A stretch of 64,000 nucleotides of DNA from contig CM075978.1 in the NCBI GenBank assembly GCA_038087875.1, forward strand, positions 133,424,001 to 133,488,000, read 5' to 3'. A program made the position numbers and the translations under genes. Source of the DNA: Malacoraja senta. Lineage: Eukaryota. The notes below the pieces were generated by a model, which was given only the letters and a program-made list of their open reading frames with translations, searched no databases and was not told the origin of the DNA. The stretch's first letter is position 1; every line of letters starts with the position of its first letter. Below are positions 24,641 through 35,739 of the stretch, piece by piece.

Positions 24641-25237
24641 ATCAGGGGAACCTTTTTCAGTCACTTACCTCGACGGTGATGTGATTTTTCTCCATGTGGC
24701 CTCTCCGCCCCACCCCCTTTGCAGCCTACAACGTGGAGTGGTGTGGCCTTTCCTGGAGACTGGCCCGGAGCTTCAAGCCACGGGTGCGGCAAGGATTCAC
24801 CATCGCGGAGCCTGGGATCTTTTGCCGATGATCGCCAGTGTTGGAGCTCCGACCGCGGGGCCTGTGGACTTTAACACCGTGAAGCAGCGGTCTCCGGTAA
24901 GAAGCGGCTGACTCGGGCACTCCATACTGCGGAGTGTTCCGATCCGTCCCAACGCCGGAGTTTCGATCATCCCGACGAGAGGGCTTGAACAGCGGACCGT
25001 CGGCAACAGCCCGTTCAAAGGCCCCAACCATGGGTGAACACAGGAGGAAGATGACTGAACTTTATTGCCTTCCATCACAGTGAGGAATGTTGATTCCACT
25101 GTGGTGAATGTTTATGTTAAACTTTATTTTATGTGCTGTGTGTATTTTTGCTTTTTACTTAGTATGGCTGTATGGTAACTCAAATTTCACTGTACCTTAA
25201 TTGGTACATGTGCCGATTAAATTGAATCTTGAATCTA
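24641..25237 (+). mobile_element. GC-rich retroposon with a LINE-type 3' tail
   Basis: Ends tttcactgtaccttaattggtacatgtg...(ttgaatc)n. Confidence 0.55.
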
Positions 25238-25341
25238 AATAAACAACCATCTGACCATTTGGAAATCTCGATGGTTCAGCAATTGTTCCACTGGGTGATG
25301 TTTGCCACGCTCCCTGGCCACAGGCAGAGACCCAGCTTCCC

Positions 25342-25610
25342 GTGTAGAAAGGAACTGCACGGGCTGGTATATACCGAAGATAGACACAAAGTGCTGGCGC
25401 AACTCAGTGGGTCAGACAGTATCTCTGGATCTCAGGTCGGAACCCTTCTTCGTGGCCGTGGCCATGGTCGAATGTCCGGCTGATCTCTACCGGGGTGTGG
25501 CCAGGCGCCAGCTCTCGGAGGAAAGAGGATCCCTACCCGAAACATCACCCATCCTTTTTTTCCAGAGATGCTGCCTGACCAGTTGAGTTACTCCAGCACT
25601 TTGTGTCTAT
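25342..25610. mobile_element. Fold-back PLE-terminal element with a GC-rich loop
   Basis: 11-bp TSD cccagcttccc at 25331-25341 and 25611-25621; inverted arms. Confidence 0.85.
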
Positions 25611-25724
25611 CCCAGCTTCCCATGCCCCCCTCCATTCGATGGGGCTCGGATTCCTGTGCTCACCGTCTAGTGGTCAGGGCCCCATTTCCACACACTAGTG
25701 CCTAGGTTCCCATGTTCACTTGTA

Positions 25725-26720
25725 ACTTGAAATGCTGGAAAAACTCAGCAGGTCAGGCAGCATGTGTGGAAAGAGAAATAGTCGCTTCAGATTTTGAAAC
25801 CCTTCTGACCTGCTGAGATTTTGCAGTGTTTTCTGCTTATATTTCAGATTTCCAGAAGTTTTAGGTTTTTTATTTTCTCCCTTGAAACTTATCTCGTTCT
25901 GTTTCCCATGCTCTCCCTTGACTTGTCCATCCTCAGCTTCCAATTGCATGTCATTTCGACTACCCTTCCCATTCCCACACCTACCTGTATGTCCTCGGCC
26001 TTTTCCACTGCGACGGTGAGGCCAAATGCAACCTCGAAGAACAGCACCTTTTATTTCACTTGGATAGCCTACATCCCAATAGTATGAACATTGAGTTTCC
26101 AGTTTCCGATAACCCATTCCCCCTGTGTTCCTTGCCCATTCCCACCAGTCCACCTTGTGCCACTCTTCCTTTGTTCACCGTTTCCATCCCATCTCTCCTC
26201 ATCAACCAGATTCATCACTCTCCCAACCTGGTTCCATCTGCCCATCACCCTCCAACCCATCTTCCTAGGTTTCTTCTTCTTTAATGCAACTTTCCTATCC
26301 CTGGATACATATTCTACATTTTCTCTGTCTCAAAACTCCCCTTCCTGGCTCCATTTGCCCATCATTCCCCCACCCCCCACCATCCTCAATCTGGTTCCAG
26401 TTATCAGCTATGTCGGAAGGAACTGCAGATGCTGGTTTAAACCGAAGACAGACACAAAATGCTGGAGTAACTCAGCGGGACAGGCAGCATCTCTGGAGAG
26501 AAGGAATGGGTGACTGTCCAATTATCAGCTACCAGCCACTGCCTCCCCCCTCCCCCACACTTCTGTGTACTTGCTATCTTCCCTCTACAGTCTACACTCT
26601 CAGTCTGGTTGCATGGTCTCAACCCCCATGCCTCAATAGAAACTCTTTGACCTACTAAGCTCTTCTGGCAATATGCTTTTTGCTCCAGATTGCAGCATCT
26701 GCAATTTTTGTGTGTCTTCT
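25725..26720 (+). mobile_element. Old PLE remnant with a younger PLE terminus (26411-26516) inserted
   Basis: Decayed GIY-YIG C-terminus; the insert is flanked by ttatcagcta at 26401-26410 and 26522-26531. Confidence 0.65.
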
Positions 26721-27982
26721 CTTTAAACTTGTCGGGTTTGCTGGAATATTAAAAGAAGTGAAATAAAAATATGTTAGAACGTTAATTAAAATAACATCCA
26801 GGTGATCCACCAGTTCAGCACTACAAACACACCAATTTAATTAAGCTTTACTACAACTAGGAAAGCTAATAGAATTCAACCATTTATTGCTCGGAAATTG
26901 AGGGTGAAAGGATGGAAATGGTGCTCCTGTTATGAGAGCATTGACGAGAACACATCTGAAATACTGTGAAATTATTGGTATCTTTGTTTAAGGCAGGGTG
27001 TGTTGCAAGCTTTTCAGAGAAGATTTACTACACTGATACCTGGAAAAGGTGAGATAACAAATTAAGAAAGGTTGGAGAGGGTACATTTGTATCATCTGAA
27101 ACTTGAAAGAGTGAAAAGGGAAAATTGAAATATATATATACAGTATATAAGATCCTGAGAGATATATAAGATCTCCCAAGATGGATGTATTGAGGATGTT
27201 TCTCAATAAGAGACTTTTTTTCTTTCAGGGAATTTCAAATTCTTGTAAATCTTCAGAGCCAATAAATATTTTTAAGATGGAGGTAGCTAAATTCTTGATA
27301 CATTAAAAGACAAAATGTCATAGTTGATAGACATGATTGAATAACAAAGAACAATAGAGCGCAGGGTTAGACCCTTCAGCCCACTAAACTAATCCTCTCA
27401 GCCTGCACGTGTTTCATATCCCTCCGCTCCCTGCATATCCATGTGTCTTTTACAAAGCCAATTAAAATATTATCTAGTCTGCCTCCAAGAATGCTGAGCT
27501 GAGCTTACAAGTAGAACTATAATCTTATTAAAATAAAAAAAACTGCGACATGAACCATACACATCATGGCAAAAAACATATGCTATTCGGAGAAGCCCCA
27601 TTCTTTTGAGACTCCTCTGATGATTTACCCCTCCACTGAGGGAAATTTGCGAGGCTTCATGTTTTTCCCCCCTAAACACGCACAATTCAATATGGAAGAC
27701 ACCCCACCAGCAGACCTGTGCTTTTTGCAGCACAAGATTTTAAGTGTATAAAAAATGGATTCAGTTCACCGTCACCCATTTCAGTCTAGTATAAGAACCC
27801 ATACTGCATGAAACTGGAGCTCAGGCTCTCATGTCCTGGCAACATCCTCCCAAATCTTCTCTGCAGTCTTTCCATCTTAATAACATCCTTTCATTAGCAG
27901 GGTGACCAAAACTGAGCAGAATACTCCAAATGCAATGTATTGTACAACTGTAACATAACAACCCAACTTCTATACTCAATAC

Positions 27983-29264
27983 TCAATCAGCTACATCGAT
28001 GATTGTTTTGGTGCCACATCCTGCACCCACACACAACTGACTGACTTCATCCGCTTCACCACCCACTTCCATCCGGCACTCAAATACACCTGGACCATTT
28101 CTGACACTTCCCTACCATTCCTTGACCTCACTATCTCCATCGCAGGTGATAGACTCCTTACCGACATCCACTACAAACCTACCGACTCCCATGGCTATCT
28201 GGACTACACTTCTTCCCACCCTGCTTCCTGTAAGGACTCCATCCCCCACTCCCAATTCCTCCGTCTACGCCGCATCTGCTCCCAGGATGAGGCGTTCCAC
28301 ACCAGGGCATCTGAAATGTCCTCATTCTTCAGGGAACGGGGGTTCCCCTCCTCCACCATAGACGAGGCTCGCACCAGGGTCTCTGCCATACCCCGCAACA
28401 CTGCTCTCTCTCCCCATCCCCCCACTCACAACAAAGGCAGAGTCCCCCTAGTCCTCACCTTTCACCCCACCAGCCGTCACATACAACAAGTGATCCTCCG
28501 TCAGTTTCGCCACCTCCAACGTGACCCCACCACTCGCCACATCTTCCCATCTCCCCCTATGTCTGCCTTCCGCAAAGACCGCTCCCTCCGTAACTCCCTT
28601 GTCAATTCTTCCCTTCCCTCCCATACCACCCCCTCCCCTGGTACTTTCCCTTGCAACCGCAAGAGATGCAACACTTGTCCCTTCACTTCCCCCCTCCACT
28701 CCATTCAAGGACCCAAGCAGTCGTTCCAGGTGCGACAGAGGTTCACCTGCATCTCCTCCAACCTCATCTATTGCATTCGCTGCTCTAGATGCCAGCTGAT
28801 CTACATCGGTGAGACCAAGCGGAGGCTTGGCGATCGTTTCGCCGAACACCTCCGGTCGGTCCGCAATAACCAACCTGAACTCCCGGTGGCTCAGCACTTC
28901 AACTCCCCCTCCCATTCCGTATCTGACCTCTCTGTCCTGGGTCTCCTCCATGGCCACAGCGAGCAACACCGTAAATTGGAGGAAATGCACCTCATATTCC
29001 GCTTGGGCAGTCTACATCCTGGTGGCCTGAACGTTGAATTCTCCCAATTCTGCTAGCCCTGGCTGTCCCCTCCCCTTCATCAGCCATCTGGTTGTCTCCT
29101 CCCCTCCCCCAGCCCTCGGGCTCCTCCTCCGCCTTTTCCTTTTTTCCTTTCTTCTCCCCACCCCCTATCAGTCTGAAGAAGGGTTTCGGCCCGAAACGTT
29201 ACCTATTTCCTTCGCTCCATAGATGCTGCTGCACCCGCTGAGTTTCTCCAGCAGTTTTGTGTAC
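27983..29264 (+). mobile_element. Young 5'-truncated Penelope-like (Neptune-type) retrotransposon nested in a CR1 fragment
   Basis: Stop-free frame 27992-29056 from RT YIDD through FLDL, YKPTD, the Cys linker CNRKRCNTC and GIY-YIG (LIY...YIGET...R...EH); 16-bp TSD cttctatactcaatac at 27967-27982 and 29265-29280. Confidence 0.95.
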
Positions 29265-30204
29265 CTTCTATACTCAATACCCTGACTGATGAAGGCCAAT
29301 ATACCAAAAGACATCTTGACCATCCTCTTGATCTACCTGTGATGGTACTTTTCAAGGAACTCTGTGCCTGCCCTCCTAGATCCCTCTGCTCTACAACACC
29401 CTCTCCCTCTACAGCCAATACTTAATATACTGAACTAACCTTGCAAACAGGCCTTTAACGTGAATGGAGCATAAGTTGCCATCCATACAACAAATGTAGC
29501 ACTCTGCACTTTAACGGTTAATCTTTTCCTATGCAACTTAAAACCAGATCTCTCACCACAGCCTGCAGCAATAGGAATTCAATTGATCCAGTGGTTTCAC
29601 ACACACAATCTGCTACAGCTCCATTATTTTTGCAGTGTGAATATCTGAAGGAATCTCCAGTACTTCCATTTTTGATCAGATGCAATCATTTCAACATTGC
29701 TCTGCTTTTCTATCATTTTGGTTCCTTCAAGCTGTTGTATTGTGTTCTCCATTGTTTGCATTTTTTTAACCGTCTCCGATCATCGTTTGTTTTCACTCTT
29801 TAAAATAAAGTGCACATTTCTCTCCCCTTCCTTTTTCTTCGTCTCCTTATTACTTCCTTTCTCACACCTTATACCTTCTCCCTCTTTTTTCTCTCTTCAA
29901 CCCTCATTGCCCCCCTCTCTCCCTCTCATTCCCCTTCCTCTTTTGTTAATTTGCCAGTTTGATTTTGATTAAATTTTAATTAATATCTTGACAACAATAC
30001 TGGAATCTCTTGAATAAAACATTCTGTTTACAAAGATACTGGGAATGATAATCAGAGGTGAAGTCAGAGTGACTGTCCTTGATATCGAGACCACATTTGA
30101 TCGTACAGCATCAAGGAGCCCCGGTTCAAATGGAGAATGGGAAACAGGGGGAAACCCCTCTGTTGGTTAGAATCATACTGAGCACAAAGGACAATGGATG
30201 TGCT

Positions 30205-30480
30205 AGTTTTGTTTTAGCTTTTAGAGATAAAGCGTGCAAACAGGCCCTTCGGCCCATCGACGCCACACCGACCAGCGATTAACACTACCCGACACACTCA
30301 AGGGACAATTTACAATTACACCAATTAACCTACAAACCCGTACGTCTTTGGAGTGTGGGAGGAAACCAGAGATCCCGGAGAAAAACCCAATTGGGTCACG
30401 GGGAGAACGTACAAACTATGTACAGCAGCACCTGTAGTCAGGATCGAACCCGCGGCAGCAACTCCACCACTGCTCCACCG
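30205..30480 (-). mobile_element. HE1-like V-SINE, internally deleted
   Basis: Similarity to the SINE at 22732. Confidence 0.75.
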
Positions 30481-31260
30481 GGTAAATGAGCATCAATCAT
30501 CTCAGCCACAGGACATCCCTGCAGGAGTTCATCAGATTAGTGTCTTAGGCCCAACCAGCTTCACCTGCCTCAACTTAAAAAAAAAAATCAAGAGTAAAAT
30601 TAGGAATGTTTGCTGATGATACCACAATATTCAGTATCATATGCAACTTCTCAGATAATGAAGCAGTCCACATCCAAATGCAACAAGACCTGGTCTATAC
30701 CCAGGCGTGTGCTGATAGGTGGCAAGTAACATATGTTCCACACAAATGCCAGGAAATTATGATATCCAACAAGAGAAAATCCAGTTATCACCTACTGACA
30801 TTCAATGGCACTACCCTTACTGAATTCCCCACGATCAATAACCTGGGGGTTATCATTGATAAGAAACTGAACTGGAGTAGCCATATATACAACATGGATA
30901 CATGAACAGGAGGTCAGAATGCTATCATGAGTAACTCACTGCTAATTCCCCAAAGCCTGTCAACCCTCTACAGCTTTCAGGAGTCTGGAATTCTCTCCAC
31001 TTGCCCGATGAGTGCAGCTTCAAGACCATTTAAAGAAATTTGACACCATACAGGACAAAGCAGTCCCCTTGATGGGCACATCATCTATAACCATTCATTC
31101 ACCCCTTTGCTGATGCAACAGCAGTTTGTACTGTCCACAACAAGTACAACAACAACAACTCACTAAAACTCCTAAGACAAGCACCTTCCAAACGTATGAC
31201 CTCTACCAGCTAGAACAGGGCAGCAAAAGCATAGGAATACCACCACCTGCAATTCCGGCT
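30481..31260 (+). mobile_element. CR1/L2-group LINE RT fragment
   Basis: MFADDTTI...QQDL...WQVTY.P.KC...LGVIIDKKLNWSSHI. Confidence 0.8.
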
Positions 31261-32872
31261 GTAAAATCCATGATAGAAAAGTATCAGTCCCGGAAATTCT
31301 GGAGAAAGATAGGAATGTTTTTATTTCAATGGGGGAGCGAGGAAGAAAAGAAAGCATCGTCTAAACCTAGCAAGGGAAATTTATCTCAGAAATTAATTCT
31401 GCCAGTATTTAAAAATTAAAGATGAAATCTGAAATAAAAACAGAAGATGCTAGAAGTATTCAACAGGCCACACATCATGGTCTGGCCTGCTTAGCACACA
31501 TTACAGCTCTGTAATTTGCAAATGTATATTCCGTAGTGATCTCGCTCCACCTCCCCTCATAACTTTTAAGTTTCTTGATGTCATTTCTGGCTTAGTGCTC
31601 TCATTATCCATCCATAATAGCATAGTCCCCATAGCAATCTAATCTTGTCCTGTCAGAGTTATTCATTTTGTCCTGTTCATCCAAGCCCGACCCTCTCTGC
31701 AACTTAAAACCAATGTTTTGATTCTTTGCTAGTTTTGATAAAGGGTCTTCAACCTGAAGCATTAACTCTTTTTCAGCACAGGTGCTGCACAAAATGCTGA
31801 GCGTTTCCAGAATTGTCTTGTTTTTAATTTGGCTCCATTTTTATAAGAACAGATAGATAATTCCCCTGCCCATGTGATTGAATGGATCTGAGTTAAAATT
31901 GTCCTGGTCGACTCTCTGCAGCAGGAATCATGTTTCCAATTTAGTTTAATTTGCGCTCATTCAAATTTCACAATTAGAGGCAAATAGTCTGGTTGCTAAC
32001 ATGGAGTGACACACAAAATTATAAAAGCTTTTTTGCCAGAACGTACATTAACATTAATAAAATGATCTCAATGTGGTTGAGGAGAATGTATTTTTGTTTG
32101 GTAAGGGGCTTTGATGAATGTGAATGACAAGCAAGTATGCAAGAGACAAAATGATGGTAATTTTCCTACGCGCTTTTGATGCATCAGCATTTTGCATCTT
32201 GCTTCAGGCGTGCTTGACTCTATTGTCTTTGGCTTTAATGTCTCCATTGCTATCAGAGATAGGTTGATTGCAGAGTAGAGCCTGCCAACACAGACCCAAT
32301 AAGTTGTTGAATGTAGAGCATAGTGACATAGCAAGTTAATTGCTAGCCTATTCCTTTATCACAACAAACTGTTTATGGTTTACCTAACCGCTGGCCATGA
32401 ATGACTTTCCTCTGATAATAAGGAAGGTCAACAGGCAGAATAATTTTATTGTGCTCCATGTGCTGATTTATGTCTGCAAAAATCCAAGCCAAAACATAAA
32501 TTTCAAATGATAGAAGCAGTTGCTCAAGATAAGGGGTTTGAAATCAAATGCTGTATTTTTATAAATTGCAGTATCTTACACTATTAATGGACTCTGTGCC
32601 TCAAATCCATTTGCCCACATTCGTTCCATATCAGAAGTCTGTACACAAATGTCAATTTTGATATTTTAATATAATTTCGCTTTAACAGAATTTTAAGGGG
32701 GTCATTCTAGGTTTCCACAACTCTTTTTTTTGAAGAGAAACCCCTTTTAATATTGGCCATGGCCAGTCAACCTGTAATTGTATGGTTGTGGCCATTTATC
32801 AGAAGCATTAGTTTCCCTCCATTCAGCCTATTAAATTCTTTAATGATCTTGAAACGGTCATCAGATTGGTTT

Positions 32873-33304
32873 GTGTAGGAAGGAACTGCAGATGCTGGTT
32901 TACATCGAAGATAGACACAAAATGTTGGAATAACTCAGCGGGACAGGCAGCATCTCTGCAGAGATGGAATGGGTGACGTTTCGGGTCAAGACCCTTCTTC
33001 AGACTGAGAGTCAGGGGAGAGGGAGACTAGAGATATGGAAGGGTAAGTCGTGAAAACGACATATCAAAGCAGACGATGATCAAGGAAATGTAGAATGGTT
33101 CATTGTTAGCTGGGGAGGGGGAAGGGAAGGTGACGAGGCATACAATCGGAAAAACTCATCAGGTGGACAGTGAAACTCGTCAGAGAACTAGGGTGGGGCA
33201 GGGAGGGAGAGAGAGGGAATACAAGGGTTACTTGAAGTTAGAGAAATCAATACTCATACCGCTGGGTTGTAAGCTACCCAAGCGAAATATGAGGTGCTGT
33301 TCCT
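32873..33304 (-). mobile_element. PLE 3' fragment
   Basis: Terminal repeat plus last GIY-YIG codons; flanks tcagattggttt and tcaaattggttt. Confidence 0.85.
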
Positions 33305-35739
33305 TCAAATTGGTTTATCTTTTATAGACATTTCTATTGCTTTGGGAAACAAAAATGTCACTCGATCACTTACACATCGAAGATGGAATTAGTGTGCAAT
33401 AAATTCACTGGAAGCATGCAGATCAGCAGATTAGCTGGATCATATAGCAGTCAGGTCACCTTTCTGATTTTCCTGACATTTGGAAAATCATCTCTCTTAA
33501 TCGCATTGAATTTTTAACGTAGAGCAAGAACAATACTAAACCCCACCCCATCCTCAATCCCAATTTACAGCATCTATTCCATTTAGAGGGATCATCAATG
33601 ATGTACTCGCAACTTGCTGGGTGATTCCTCCTGATCCTGTACATGTTTGATGTTTTCCTCTATGTTTTGTCTACAGGGGATTGAATGGCAGGTGCTAGGG
33701 ATTATTGATGACTTCAGGTTGTCTGCTAAAACTAGTGCCTCCCAGGTATTAATGGGCATTCCCCTCAGAATATAGCACGATCGGCAGATTGAGAAAAGGA
33801 TACTCAAAACAGGGCAAAATGTTAAAAGATGGAAAGAAGACAAGGATCCTAGCTGAAGCCACATCAGCCCTGGGCATTCATAAAGCAGTTTTCCTTTTTA
33901 AATGCTATCAAGGAACATTATGTGAGATATGTGTGTTGGAGTAAGTGACATTTGCAACATCTCACAAAATGTACTCCATAGTTGTGTAATGTTTCAGACT
34001 GAAATCAGCAAAATATTTCTTCATCAAAAATTGTAGTGGAAATTTGAAACTTAAATGCAAAACGTTTATGAGGCTAGGACACTGAAAGTGAAAAGGATTT
34101 TCTTTATAGGTATATGGAACAAAGTTGGTATTAGGCACACATCAGCCAATATCTAATTGACTGGAAGAATAGGGTCAAGAGTCTAGATAATATATTCAAA
34201 AATAATTAACAAAATGTCTCTTGTGCCAGGATTCAATGGATAGAGGTACATAACAGCAGACAGTAGACTTGCCTTGTAAGATGGTATTGTTGACTGCACA
34301 GCAGCATGTCAAATCCTTGTGCACCATATATCGAGGGGATTTTATTCCTTCAAAGTCCACCTTGTGTGCAACCAAATAATAAGAACCATGCAGGTTATGA
34401 ATCCTGCTGGTACTGTCACGAGATTGACACCTTCATTTTGCAGCAGCTTAATCTGCATTTTCGCCATCATGGGAAAAACACTGGGTGGTAACAATATAAT
34501 GTTCAAATGTGCCTGATGTGCATGCAATAGAAACAATGCTGCCACATGAAATCTTGACATAGTGGGTGCCAAGCTTTGGATTAGTCTAGTGCATGCTGCA
34601 TTAATCTGGCCACCATGAACAGTCCACAGTTCAAACTTTGTCAGCCTCCTTGATGTTTTACATTGTAGCGCAAGAAAAATTCATGTGTTGTTATTTGGCT
34701 GTTTATCTGGGTTTTTAAAAGCATTTTTAAACATGGAATCCAAAATCTCTGCTCTTCGCCACTTCTCATGTATTACATATAGCTATTTTTGTTCCAAAGT
34801 ATAGGTTCTTGTCTTTCCTTAACATTATTATAAATTATAGTTACTACACATGTTGAGTATCTATCTACTCTTGCAATGTTGCTTTGTAACATCTTGCTTT
34901 TATCTACAGCAAATGTGACAATTAACATCCTGATCAAAGTTCTGAAAAACGACTCCAATTCTATATATTTACATATTGTGGAATTCATGGCGCATTTTGG
35001 AAATGAGTTGTGCTGTTTATTTTGGTTCGGATTAGAAATTAGATTAATGAAATGAGAATGGCCGATTCAACCAAGAAAAAAATCTTGCCATTGCAGAGAT
35101 ATAAAAAAACCTGATGTTCCATGGTATAATTTTCAACTCGATTATTTTAATAATTTGAATTCCACAATGATCCCTGCTGCAAAAATGTGTCGGTTTTTCA
35201 AAGCATTGTTCTTGTTCCTGATTGCACCAAAAAATACATTAAATTATGCATTTCTCAAAAATAAAACGTGAATATTAGTTATTTCGCCATTTGGGTCACG
35301 GGATAAAATCGCATTCGACAGGCACATGATCCTAACAACCATTTTAAAAATAAGTCCAAAGTAGATGCTCTTGCACACGCTTTATCCTATATTTTGAATG
35401 CAACTACAAAAAAACAACCATAATTCCGCAAACGACTGCAAGGTTTACGAATTGCTGATAGTATTGTGCAGAATGCAACATCTAACATTTGTTTTACTTC
35501 AGCGGAGGAACAATGATGTCACGTCAGCAGATTTGGTATCCGGTTTACTGGAAGCACCAGCTCAAAGGGGTGTTTCAGCTTCTCACATTAAATTAACATC
35601 AAAGGTAAGGAATCTAAATCCCTAGCCATCAGGTGGATTTGTTCAACTTCTTTGTTAATATTTTGCATTAAAAATATCTTAATAGAAAATTGCATTTTTC
35701 TTTCCCCCCCCCTTGTCAGTCCGATCACTGGCAACTCAT

